Source: Spirochaetia bacterium | GTDB lineage: Bacteria; Spirochaetota; Spirochaetia; CAKZLE01 | NCBI GenBank assembly: GCA_963677595.1 | Contig: OY782041.1 | Location: 3,456,001 to 3,520,000, forward strand | DNA length: 64,000 nt | Direction of reading: 5' to 3' | Shown here: positions 48,370 through 57,672 of the stretch, piece after piece | Numbering within the stretch: the stretch's first letter is position 1 | Layout of the letters: every line of letters starts with the position of its first letter | The notes under the pieces: generated by a model | The model's database searches: none | What the model was told of the DNA's origin: nothing | The model's input: only the letters and a program-made list of their open reading frames with translations | Program-made: the position numbers and the translations under genes

Positions 48370-49365
48370 TTGAACAAGCTACTGAAAAAGAATGAATTCT
48401 ATGTCTTTCTGACAATCATATTACTCAGCCTGATCATACAGATGCGAAGCGGCCAGTTCTTCACGCCGAACAACATCGTGGATCTCGTGGTATCGATGAT
48501 CGTACCTGCGATGCTGAGTCTCAGTGCCTTCCTGGTGATCATATCAGGCGGCATTGATGTATCGTTCCCGGCAATTGCATCGTTGAGCATGTATGTGACG
48601 ACAGAGTTGATGGTGAAGTTAAACTTCGCAGGCCCGATCTGGGTGGTGTACCTCATTGCTGCCGGCATCGGGATCCTGCTGGGTTCCTTCAACGGCCTGC
48701 TGGTCGTGCTGCTGAAGCTGCCGACCCTGATCATCACGCTGGGTACCTCGAGCGTATTCATAGGCATCATGCTCGGAGCCCTGAAAGCCCGGGAGATCGC
48801 TGACCTGCCCGTAACCATGCAGTCCTTCGGCAATGCGTCGCTGTTGGTGGCAAGGAACGCCGAGAGCGGCCTTACTTCGAACTTGCCGCCGACGGTCCTG
48901 CTGCTTGGAGGGATCGTGCTGATCCTCTTCCTGCTGCTGAAGTTCACCGTACTCGGGCGCTCGATCTACGCAGTAGGTGGTGATGAGATCGCCGCAAGGC
49001 GGTCCGGTTTCCCGGTAGACAAGACCAAGATCTTCGTCTACATGCTCTCAGGCTGTATCGCCGGGATCGCAGGGATCTCACGTGTCTGCATGCTGCAGAA
49101 CTGCTATCCGACCAACCTGCTCGGAACTGAGTTGAACGCTATCGCAGCGGTAGTCCTCGGTGGTGCGAGCATCACAGCCGGGGGGATCGGCACACTGACC
49201 GGGGCCCTCCTGGGAACTGCGCTGATCACGATCATGGCCAACAGTATGATCCTTCTGGGAATACCGACCTACTGGCAGAGTTTCTCTACCGGTATGCTCA
49301 TCCTGGTAGGAATCGGGGTGTCGGCATATCAGACGATGAGAGCCCAGACTCGAATCAAAGATTAA
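48370..49365 (+). CDS. Monosaccharide ABC permease
   Basis: GGIDVS, GRSIYAVGG, IAAVVLGGAS. Confidence 0.93.
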   Translation: MNKLLKKNEFYVFLTIILLSLIIQMRSGQFFTPNNIVDLVVSMIVPAMLSLSAFLVIISGGIDVSFPAIASLSMYVTTELMVKLNFAGPIWVVYLIAAGIGILLGSFNGLLVVLLKLPTLIITLGTSSVFIGIMLGALKAREIADLPVTMQSFGNASLLVARNAESGLTSNLPPTVLLLGGIVLILFLLLKFTVLGRSIYAVGGDEIAARRSGFPVDKTKIFVYMLSGCIAGIAGISRVCMLQNCYPTNLLGTELNAIAAVVLGGASITAGGIGTLTGALLGTALITIMANSMILLGIPTYWQSFSTGMLILVGIGVSAYQTMRAQTRIKD

Positions 49366-49380
49366 TGACAGGAGAATCAG

Positions 49381-50400
49381 GTGAATACTAAGCATAATAA
49401 CGGCTTCTTAACAACGTTAGACAGATTGTATAAGAAGGACACGAACTACGGAAGATTACTGATCATCCTGATCATATCGGTGGTGTTCCTCGGGATACTG
49501 AAACCCTCGAAGTTCCTGACCTTCTACTCCTTCCAGTCGATGGCATACCAGTTCCCGCAGTTCGGGCTGCTTTCCCTCGGTGTCATGATTGCTATGATCA
49601 GCGGCGGTATCGACCTCTCTGTGGTCGGGATTGCCAACCTCTCTGCAGTCATGGCGGCTAAGACCCTGCTCGTCCTCATCCAGGAGGATTCCACGGGTAT
49701 TTCCCTCGGGTTTGGGATCATCATCGTCATCCTCGTTGGACTGGTGGTCGGCATGATCGCCGGCCTGCTCAACGGGCTGTTGATCTCGAGGATCGGTATA
49801 CCTCCTATCCTGGCGACGTTGGCGACCATGCAGCTCTTCAGGGGTGTCACAGTCGTCCTCACGGAAGGCAGGGCGGTGAGCCATCTGCCTATCCAGTTCT
49901 CGAATATGGGGAATGCGACGATCTTCGGGATCATACCTGTACCGACCCTCATATTCATCCTTGCAGCCCTCGGGGTCAGCATCCTGCTCTCGAAGACCGT
50001 CTACGGTGAGAGGCTCTTCATGCTGGGGACGAACCCTGTTGCCGCCCTCTACAGTGGGCTGAAGATCAAGAACCTCTTGGTCAGGGCTTATATGCTCTCC
50101 GGAGTGATGGCAGCCCTCGCAGGGATGGTCATGATGGCCAGGATGAACTCGGCACGAGCCGACTACGGCACGCAGTATACCCTGCAGAGTATCCTGGTGG
50201 TCGTTCTCGGGGGAGTCGATCCGAACGGGGGTACCGGCCGCGTCGGGACGGTAGTGCTGGCGATCATCGTGCTGCAGATGCTCTCCACCGGGCTGAACAT
50301 GTTCCCCTCGATAAGTAACTTCTACCGGTCGTTCATCTGGGGGATGGTCCTGCTGGTCATCCTCGGCTGGAACGCTCTCCACAAGCGGAAGAACTCGTAG
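49381..50400 (+). CDS. Monosaccharide ABC permease
   Basis: SGGIDLSV, LGTNPVAA, VVLGGVDPNGG. Confidence 0.93.
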   Translation: MNTKHNNGFLTTLDRLYKKDTNYGRLLIILIISVVFLGILKPSKFLTFYSFQSMAYQFPQFGLLSLGVMIAMISGGIDLSVVGIANLSAVMAAKTLLVLIQEDSTGISLGFGIIIVILVGLVVGMIAGLLNGLLISRIGIPPILATLATMQLFRGVTVVLTEGRAVSHLPIQFSNMGNATIFGIIPVPTLIFILAALGVSILLSKTVYGERLFMLGTNPVAALYSGLKIKNLLVRAYMLSGVMAALAGMVMMARMNSARADYGTQYTLQSILVVVLGGVDPNGGTGRVGTVVLAIIVLQMLSTGLNMFPSISNFYRSFIWGMVLLVILGWNALHKRKNS

Positions 50401-50448
50401 GGTGGGCAGTTGCGTAAGTGTAAAAATCATTTCATAGAGGAGTCAAAT

Positions 50449-51399
50449 ATGAGATTCGATATAGTCTCGATCGGTGCACTTCTGGTTGAGATCATGAGAA
50501 AGGACAAGAACCAGGATTTTAATGTACCGGCTGAGTTCATGGGGCCGTTTCCCAGCGGGGATACCCCGATATTCATCAATGCCGCCTCGAAACTGGGCTT
50601 CAAGTGCGGGTTCATCGGGACCGTCGGCAATGACGGGTTTGGGCAGTGCGTGATCGAGCGTCTCCAAGAGAATCATGTGGACACCGAGTGCATCAGGGTG
50701 ATCGACAGCCTCTCCACGGCAGTGACCTTCATTGCCTATTTTACCGGCGGGAACAGGAAGTTCCTCTACCACCTGCACAATGCAGCTGCCGGAGATCTGA
50801 GGCCATCTGATGTGAAGAAAGAGTATGTCAGTGATACCAAATGGGTTCATCTTACCGGATTCGGCCTCTCAGGGAGCGTGAGTTCCCGTGAAGCTGCCCT
50901 GAAGATCCTCGACTATATTCCCGATTCGGTACAGGTGAGTTTCGATCCCAATATCAGGACGGAAGCCCTGAGCCTTGAAGAACTCAGGGAGATCTCGATG
51001 CCGGTGATCGAGCGCTGCAGCGTCTTCCTTCCCAGCGAAGGCGAAGCAAAGGAGATCATGGGGATGGACAGTGATGAGGAAGCCTGCAGGTACCTTGCAT
51101 CCCAGGGAAAGATCGTTGCCCAAAAACTTGGGCCTGCGGGGAGCAGGATCTATGCAGGGGACCAGGTGATCGCCGTACCGTCATTCCCTGCAGTTGAAGT
51201 GGATCCGACCGGTGCAGGCGACACCTTCAGTGCCGCGTTCATCGGGGCGCTGATCGAAGGTAAGGATCTCTATGATGCGGGGCTATTCGCGAACACTGCG
51301 GCAATGCTCTCCATCGGCAAGAAGGGCCCTATGGAAGGAGCTCCTTCCAGGGCTGAGGTGGATGACTTCCTCAAAGAGAAAACTGAAGCAGTAATCTAA
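50449..51399 (+). CDS. PfkB family sugar kinase (2)
   Basis: GNDGFG, FDPNIR, DPTGAGD; paralog of the kinase at 44782. Confidence 0.93.
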   Translation: MRFDIVSIGALLVEIMRKDKNQDFNVPAEFMGPFPSGDTPIFINAASKLGFKCGFIGTVGNDGFGQCVIERLQENHVDTECIRVIDSLSTAVTFIAYFTGGNRKFLYHLHNAAAGDLRPSDVKKEYVSDTKWVHLTGFGLSGSVSSREAALKILDYIPDSVQVSFDPNIRTEALSLEELREISMPVIERCSVFLPSEGEAKEIMGMDSDEEACRYLASQGKIVAQKLGPAGSRIYAGDQVIAVPSFPAVEVDPTGAGDTFSAAFIGALIEGKDLYDAGLFANTAAMLSIGKKGPMEGAPSRAEVDDFLKEKTEAVI

Positions 51400-51436
51400 C
51401 CGTCTGCGTACGGATTTGAATGAATTGGAGTTGAAC

Positions 51437-52285
51437 ATGGTAATAGACATACATGCCCATCCGGGCTTCATCAAGGAGATCAGTGAGGACTCAGAGCGGG
51501 TAGCGTTCAGGAGGGAGAGCTTCTTCCTCTACAAGCAGCACGTATGGCCGATAGAGCTGGTCATCAAGCAGCTCGATGCGGCTGGGATCGACAAGTCGGT
51601 CCTGCTGCCGGAAGATGTCACGACACGGTGGGGTGACACGATCGTCTCGAACGAGGAGGTCGCGAAGCTCGTTGAGCTCGTCCCGGACCGGTTCATCGGG
51701 TTCGCGAGCGTCGACCCGAACCGGGAGGATGCCGTCGAGGTGCTCGAGCAGGCCTTCACCGACTACAAGCTCTCAGGGTTGAAGCTCAACCCGTCGAACC
51801 AGCGGTTCTACCCGCAGGATGAGAAGCTCGCACCGATCTATGAACTGTGCGTGAAGCACAACAAGCCGATCCTCTTCCATGCAGGGATGACCTGGCTCAA
51901 GGAGTCGCCGGCAAAATACTCACAGCCGCTGAACTTCGAGGACGTGGCGATCGGGTACCCGGAACTGCGGATCAGCCTCGGCCACTTCGGGTGGCCGTGG
52001 GTGATGGACACGGCGATGCTGCTGCTGAAGTACCCGAACGTCTATGCGGACACAGCACTGCTCTACTTCGACTCCCCGAAGCAGTTCTTCGATACGACCT
52101 TCAACAACCAGCTCGGTCCCTACTGGATCGACCGGATGCTCGCTGACAAGGTCATGTTCGGGTCGAACTACCCGAGGATCGAGCAGAAGCGGATGAAGGA
52201 TGCCCTCGACGTGCTGAAGCTGCGGGATGTGAACCGGAAGAAGGTACTCGGCGGGAACGCAATGAGATTCCTCAGTATAGAATAG
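51437..52285 (+). CDS. Amidohydrolase_2 family protein
   Basis: IDIHAH, GLKL, ILFHAG, GHFGWPW, NVYADT, FGSNYP. Confidence 0.9.
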   Translation: MVIDIHAHPGFIKEISEDSERVAFRRESFFLYKQHVWPIELVIKQLDAAGIDKSVLLPEDVTTRWGDTIVSNEEVAKLVELVPDRFIGFASVDPNREDAVEVLEQAFTDYKLSGLKLNPSNQRFYPQDEKLAPIYELCVKHNKPILFHAGMTWLKESPAKYSQPLNFEDVAIGYPELRISLGHFGWPWVMDTAMLLLKYPNVYADTALLYFDSPKQFFDTTFNNQLGPYWIDRMLADKVMFGSNYPRIEQKRMKDALDVLKLRDVNRKKVLGGNAMRFLSIE

Positions 52286-52294
52286 GAGAGAAAG

Positions 52295-52723
52295 ATGACA
52301 GAACATCATGAGATATATGTCCTGACGGACGATGACTACGACGTGAAGTATATCGGGGAGCAGGTCAAGGCGACGGTAGCGAACTCGAAGATCCAGAACG
52401 GGATCGTGACGATCGTCACCTCCCATACGAGTACGGGGATCAGCGTAACCGAGCCGCTCGACTGCATCCTGAGCGACCTGGAAGTGCTGATGCGCAAGCT
52501 CGTGAATGACGATGAGGAGTACTCGCATGCCCACTTCCTGCCGACCTACGGGAGGACCTCGGCCAATGCGCCTGGGCACCTGCGGTCGATCCTGACCGGG
52601 AACAGCTGCATCTTCCCGATCCAGGGGAAGAAGATGATGATGGGAGCAGCCCAGGAGATCCTGCTGATGGAGTTCGACGGACCCCAGAATCGCAAGATCT
52701 ATATCGATATCATAGGAGACTAG
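52295..52723 (+). CDS. yjbQ: YjbQ/UPF0047 family protein
   Basis: HTSTG, NAPGHLRS, EFDGPQNR. Confidence 0.88.
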   Translation: MTEHHEIYVLTDDDYDVKYIGEQVKATVANSKIQNGIVTIVTSHTSTGISVTEPLDCILSDLEVLMRKLVNDDEEYSHAHFLPTYGRTSANAPGHLRSILTGNSCIFPIQGKKMMMGAAQEILLMEFDGPQNRKIYIDIIGD

Positions 52724-52731
52724 CTAGGTAT

Positions 52732-55143
52732 ATGAGTAGAGTAACCCCCTCGAGCTCACACGATTACACAGGATACCTCAAGGACTTGAAGGCTCTCGGA
52801 CCGACCGACCGGATTACGACTGCAAGAGAGAGGATCTTTACCGAGAAGCGGTACCTGACGATCGAGCAGGCCCTGATCATCACCGAGACATACAAGCAGC
52901 ATGAAGGTGAGTCAAGGATCCTTCAGCGGGCGTATGCGCTCGCTGAGGCGCTGGAACGTCTCGAGATCAGGATCGACCCGGAAGAGTTGATCGTCGGGAA
53001 CCGGACTGCGGGTATCCGCTACGGGGTGGTCTCTCCTGAGGCCGGGATCGAATGGGTTGACCAGGAGCTTGAGACCTTCCCGACGCGGGAGCAGGACCAG
53101 TTCAATGTCCGGGAAGAGGACAAGGAAATCTTCCGGAACGAGATCCTTCCCTACTGGAAGGGCAAGGGGTTGCGGGACGAGATCGAGCGTGCCGACGGGA
53201 AGCAGATCAAGCTTCTTGAGAAGGTCGCGAAGATCAACCAGAAAGACCATGCCCAGGGACACATCTGCCCGGATGTGGAGAAGTGGCTTGAAGTCGGTCC
53301 TTCAGGCTTGAAGGAAGCGTGCCGGCAGAAACTGCTTACGGAGACAGATCGGGCAAAGAAGGATTTCTATATCGCCCTGATCCTGGTCCTTGACGGGACG
53401 ATAACCTTCATCGAACGCTACGAGAAGTTAGCCTTGGACATGGCTGGGAAGTCTGAATACAGCGACGTCGCTGAAGACCTCAAGCTGGTCGCGGCGAACT
53501 GCCGCAGGCTCAAAGACACTCCCCCGGAGACGTACCATGAAGCCCTGCAGTCGGTCTGGTTCCTCTTCGTCGTCATGCACATGGAATCCAACGCGAACTC
53601 TTTCTCCCCTGGACGTATGGACCAGTACCTTTACCCTTATTTCGAGAAGGAGTTCTCAGGCGGTACGCTCTCCCTGGAGCGTGCCCTTGAACTCACGGAT
53701 GCGTTCTACATCAAGCTGAACCATATCGTCTATATGCGGAACAAGTATAGTGCCCAGTACTTCGCTGGGTTCACGACCGGGTTCAACGTAGCCCTCGGGG
53801 GCCTGCTGCCAGACGGCAGTGACGGTACGAACCTGCTATCGTTCATCTTCCTCAAGGCCCAGGAGCATGTGCAGCTTGCACAGCCGAACCTCTCGGTACG
53901 GCTCCATGACGGGGCACCGGATGACTTTGTGAACGAGAGCAGCAGGATCATCAGTCTCGGCACCGGCATGCCGCAGGTGTTCAATGATGAGAGCATCATC
54001 CCGGCCTTGCAGCGGCAGGGTGTGGCTGATGAGCATGCGAAGGATTATGCGATTGTAGGCTGTGTCGAGCTCACTACGCCGGGCAACAACCTCGGTTGGA
54101 GCGATGCAGCCATGTTCAACATCCTCAAGGTACTCGAACTGACGATGAACAACGGGTACTGCCTGCTCACCGGCGACCTGCTGGGGCTGCAGACGGGCTA
54201 CCTCTATGACTATGGGACCTATGCTGAGTTGGAGGAGGCGTTCCGGAAACAGCTGGACTACTTCATCGCCAGGATGCATGAGAGCTCGATGGTCGTTGAT
54301 CGGATGCATGCAGAGGTGCTGCCTTCCCCATTCCTCTCCTCCGTGATCTCTGACTGTATCGAGAAGGGGATGGATGTAACTGCAGGGGGTGCCCACTACA
54401 ACTACAGCGGTATCCAGGTCATACAGGTCGCGAACATCGCAGACTGCCTCGCAGCGCTGAAGGTCGGGGTCTATGAAGACAGGCTCGTGGATGCGAACGA
54501 ACTCCTTAAGGCCTTGAAGGATAACTATGAGCATGATGAACCGCTTCGGCAGATGCTCATCAACAAGATCAGGAAGTTCGGCAATGACCACAGCGAGATC
54601 GATGAGCTTGCAAACCACTGGATCACCTATATCGAGCAGAAGATCGGTGCCCTGAAGAATGTCAGGGGCGGTAAGTACCAGGTTGGACTCTATACCGTCT
54701 CTGCCCATGTCCCCATGGGATTGAACGTCGGGGCTACACCCGACGGGAGGAAGGCCCGGGAACCCCTGGCAGACGGCGGTATGTCCCCTGTCTACGGGAG
54801 GGACCTGCTCGGCCCGACAGCCGTACTGAAATCGGTCTCGAGGGTGAACTCGCTCCTCGGGAGCAATGGTACGCTGCTGAACATGAAGTTCACCCCTGAT
54901 TTCTTCAAGACAGATGAGGATATAGCGAAGTTCTCGAGTTTCCTGCGGACCTTCGTGAAGCTCCATATCAACCATATCCAGTTCAATGTCATCACCGAGA
55001 AGGATCTGCTCAATGCGCAGAAACACCCGGAGAAATACCAGAACCTGCTCGTGAGGGTAGCGGGGTATACTGCCTACTTCACAGAACTTGCGAAAGACTT
55101 GCAGAATGAGATCATCCAGCGGACGACCCACGGGGAGCTATGA
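52732..55143 (+). CDS. Glycyl radical enzyme, PflD-like (not pyruvate formate-lyase)
   Basis: Single-Cys loop VGCVEL (PFL has CC) and glycyl loop VRVAGY. Also YFAGF, YTVSAHVP and LADGG...SNGTLLN motifs, recalled from E. coli PflD. Confidence 0.92.
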   Translation: MSRVTPSSSHDYTGYLKDLKALGPTDRITTARERIFTEKRYLTIEQALIITETYKQHEGESRILQRAYALAEALERLEIRIDPEELIVGNRTAGIRYGVVSPEAGIEWVDQELETFPTREQDQFNVREEDKEIFRNEILPYWKGKGLRDEIERADGKQIKLLEKVAKINQKDHAQGHICPDVEKWLEVGPSGLKEACRQKLLTETDRAKKDFYIALILVLDGTITFIERYEKLALDMAGKSEYSDVAEDLKLVAANCRRLKDTPPETYHEALQSVWFLFVVMHMESNANSFSPGRMDQYLYPYFEKEFSGGTLSLERALELTDAFYIKLNHIVYMRNKYSAQYFAGFTTGFNVALGGLLPDGSDGTNLLSFIFLKAQEHVQLAQPNLSVRLHDGAPDDFVNESSRIISLGTGMPQVFNDESIIPALQRQGVADEHAKDYAIVGCVELTTPGNNLGWSDAAMFNILKVLELTMNNGYCLLTGDLLGLQTGYLYDYGTYAELEEAFRKQLDYFIARMHESSMVVDRMHAEVLPSPFLSSVISDCIEKGMDVTAGGAHYNYSGIQVIQVANIADCLAALKVGVYEDRLVDANELLKALKDNYEHDEPLRQMLINKIRKFGNDHSEIDELANHWITYIEQKIGALKNVRGGKYQVGLYTVSAHVPMGLNVGATPDGRKAREPLADGGMSPVYGRDLLGPTAVLKSVSRVNSLLGSNGTLLNMKFTPDFFKTDEDIAKFSSFLRTFVKLHINHIQFNVITEKDLLNAQKHPEKYQNLLVRVAGYTAYFTELAKDLQNEIIQRTTHGEL

Positions 55144-56045
55144 TGCTGGGAACTATCTTCGATATCAAGCGTTTCTCCGTCCATGACGGCCCGGGACTGC
55201 GGACTACCGTCTTCCTCAAGGGCTGCCCGCTCACCTGTCTCTGGTGCCAGAATCCGGAAGGTCTCTCCCGTGAGATCGCCCTCTGGTACTTCCCGAACAA
55301 GTGTATCAGCTGCGGCAGGTGCATAGAGGCCTGCCCGAATGATGCCCTGCGAATGGAAGACGGGAAGATCATCATCGACCGGGACCTCTGCAGGAAGTGC
55401 GGCAGTTGCACGAAGGCCTGCCCGACGAATGCCCTGGCCTTTGACGGGAGGGTCGTTAGCGTGGATGAGGTCATGGAGGAAGTTCTGAAAGACCGGCAGT
55501 TCTATGAGACCTCAGGAGGCGGTATCACCCTCTCCGGGGGGGATGCCCTCGGCCAGCACCGGTTCGCCGGGGAGATCATGAAGCGGTGCAAGGAAGAGGG
55601 AATCCATACGGCCATGGAGAGCTGCATGTTCGCCACTGAGGAACAGATAGCTAGCGTCCTGCCGTATCTCGACTACTTGATCATGGATGTCAAGCACCAT
55701 GACAGCAGCCTGCACAGCAGGTATACCGGTGTCTCCAATGAGCGTATCCTCAAGAACCTCAAGGACATCGCAGCGGTATTCCCGATAGAGCAGATGCTTG
55801 TACGTATCCCCCTCATACCCGGTTATACCGCTGATCCAGCAAATGTGAAAGCCATCGCGGCGAAGGTTTTCGCCATCGATCCTGGCCTGCAGATCGAGCT
55901 GATCAACTACAATCCGCTTGCACCGAACAAATACCGGATCCTGCAGAAGGACTATGTGCCGGGAACTGATCTGAAGCCTCTTTCGGAGCAGGAGATCAGT
56001 GATCTGTATGCTATAATCGAGGAAGAGAGAAGGAGTACCCAATGA
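55140..56045 (+). CDS. Glycyl radical enzyme activating protein (radical SAM with ferredoxin insert)
   Basis: HDGPGLRTTVFLKGCPLTCLWCQNPE, two CxxCxxCxxxCP motifs, GGITLSGG. Confidence 0.96.
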   Translation: MMLGTIFDIKRFSVHDGPGLRTTVFLKGCPLTCLWCQNPEGLSREIALWYFPNKCISCGRCIEACPNDALRMEDGKIIIDRDLCRKCGSCTKACPTNALAFDGRVVSVDEVMEEVLKDRQFYETSGGGITLSGGDALGQHRFAGEIMKRCKEEGIHTAMESCMFATEEQIASVLPYLDYLIMDVKHHDSSLHSRYTGVSNERILKNLKDIAAVFPIEQMLVRIPLIPGYTADPANVKAIAAKVFAIDPGLQIELINYNPLAPNKYRILQKDYVPGTDLKPLSEQEISDLYAIIEEERRSTQ

Positions 56046-56722
56046 AGCGTTCAGAGATAAATGATATCATGAAAGAGGCCACGGAATTCATACACGAACA
56101 CGGGTTCGTGCTCCCTCCCTTTGGGTACTGGACCCCGGCCGACTGGGCATCCAAGGGGACAGAATGCATCGAGATCGTGGATAATATGCTCGGCTGGGAT
56201 ATCACGGACTTCGGTTTCGGGAACTACGAGAAGATCGGGCTGCTCATGTTCACCCTGCGAAACGGCAACTTCAACAAAGAGGCCTATCCCAAGGCCTATG
56301 CAGAGAAGCTCCTCATCTCAAAGGAGGGGCAGGTGACCCCCTTCCACTTCCACTGGTCGAAGATGGAGGATATCATCAACCGCGGCGGCGGCAACCTGGT
56401 CATCGAGTGCTGGAACAGCGACCCGGACGGAAAGAGGCTCGATACTGACGTCCAGCTCCATGTGGACGGGACGGTCATCACGGGTAAGGCCGGGATGAGA
56501 CTGACGCTGCACCCGGGAGAGAGCATCACGCTGCTTCCCTACCAGTACCATGCGTTCTGGGGTGAGAAGAGATCAGGGACGGTGCTCATCGGGGAGGTCT
56601 CCTCGGTGAACGACGACCGGGTCGATAACCGGTTCCTTGAGAAGACAGGACGGTTCCCCGAGATCACCGAGGATGAGGCCCCGCTCCACTACCTGTGTAA
56701 CGAGTACCCGAAACTGGGTTAA
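56042..56722 (+). CDS. D-lyxose/D-mannose family sugar isomerase (cupin)
   Basis: MKRSEIN, GWDITDFG, YAEK, PFHFHWSKMEDIINRGGG, GEVSSVNDD. Confidence 0.92.
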   Translation: MKRSEINDIMKEATEFIHEHGFVLPPFGYWTPADWASKGTECIEIVDNMLGWDITDFGFGNYEKIGLLMFTLRNGNFNKEAYPKAYAEKLLISKEGQVTPFHFHWSKMEDIINRGGGNLVIECWNSDPDGKRLDTDVQLHVDGTVITGKAGMRLTLHPGESITLLPYQYHAFWGEKRSGTVLIGEVSSVNDDRVDNRFLEKTGRFPEITEDEAPLHYLCNEYPKLG

Positions 56723-56925
56723 GAGAACAACTCCTCCCCGGTGATGAACTCTGGTGCTTCCTTCTTAGCAATATGGTCCTCGATGAACCTGATGTCCTGG
56801 ATATCTTCATAAAGTTCAAAGAGGGATTTCTTGAACAAAGATGATGCATCGGTAGCATAGTACTCCGTGAGAAATGCGAGGATCTCCTCTTCACGCTCGC
56901 TAAGTTCGAGACTGAGGACAGTCAT
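56719..56925 (-). CDS. DUF6290 / RelB-like ribbon-helix-helix antitoxin
   Basis: MTVLSLELSEREEEI...SSLFKKSLFELYEDIQD; AGGAGG SD upstream. Confidence 0.6.
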   Translation of the reverse strand: MTVLSLELSEREEEILAFLTEYYATDASSLFKKSLFELYEDIQDIRFIEDHIAKKEAPEFITGEELFS

Positions 56926-57095
56926 CTGGTTACCCCTCCTTATCTGGTATGATCATAGTGTACCGTACCCGCAGGATGGAATCAATCCTGGGCTTATCGC
57001 TCAGGTGTCGAGCCTTTGGTTCTTACCGTAAGGAACTGGATATTCCCCGCCTTTTCCGATAGAATGAGACAACCAAATCTATTGGAGCTGACACC

Positions 57096-57671
57096 ATGAA
57101 ACGAGTACTTGCCGTCAACGGCAGCCCGAGGGCAGCCGGCAACACCGCTGCCATGATAGAGACGATGTTCTCAGTCCTCTCAGAACGTGAAGATACCGTC
57201 TGTGAGATGGTCCATATCGGGGGGAAACCCTTCCGGGGCTGTACCGGCTGCGGGAGTTGCGTGCGCAACCAGGACCGGAAGTGCATCTTCGACGATGACC
57301 CTGTGAACGGGTGCATCGCGAAGATGATCGAGGCCGATGTCATCATCCTCGCATCCCCGACCTACTTCTCGACCCTCACACCGGAGCTGAAGGCCCTTAT
57401 CGACCGGGCCGGCAGGGTGACTAGAGGGAACGGGAACCTCCTGAAACGAAAGATCGGGGCGGCAGTCGCCCCGGCCCGCAGGGCAGGGAGCCTCAACACG
57501 CTCCAGACGATACAGAACTTCTTCTTCATCACCGAGATGATCGTTCCCGGGTCCTCCTACTGGAACATGGCCCAGGTGAGGAATATCGGGGATCTCGAGC
57601 AGGATGCTGAAGGTATAGCTACCATGAAGAACCTGGCGGAGAACATCAGCTGGCTCATGGACAGGACCTGA
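57096..57671 (+). CDS. Iron-sulfur flavoprotein (flavodoxin family)
   Basis: NGSPRAAGNT, CTGCGSC...C, SPTYF, LIDR, SSYWN. Confidence 0.92.
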   Translation: MKRVLAVNGSPRAAGNTAAMIETMFSVLSEREDTVCEMVHIGGKPFRGCTGCGSCVRNQDRKCIFDDDPVNGCIAKMIEADVIILASPTYFSTLTPELKALIDRAGRVTRGNGNLLKRKIGAAVAPARRAGSLNTLQTIQNFFFITEMIVPGSSYWNMAQVRNIGDLEQDAEGIATMKNLAENISWLMDRT

Positions 57672-57672
57672 G

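Noticed and set aside
53836-55131. 431-aa antisense ORF; similar ones at 24541-25638, 49456-50430, 32360-33241, 26400-27260 and 38003-38848
   Set aside because: They lie opposite well-supported genes and show no motifs; they are shadow ORFs expected from GC-rich codon bias.
52732-55143. Calling the GRE pyruvate formate-lyase, or a microcompartment GRE locus
   Set aside because: It has a single-Cys CVE loop rather than CC, and no BMC shell or aldehyde dehydrogenase genes are present.
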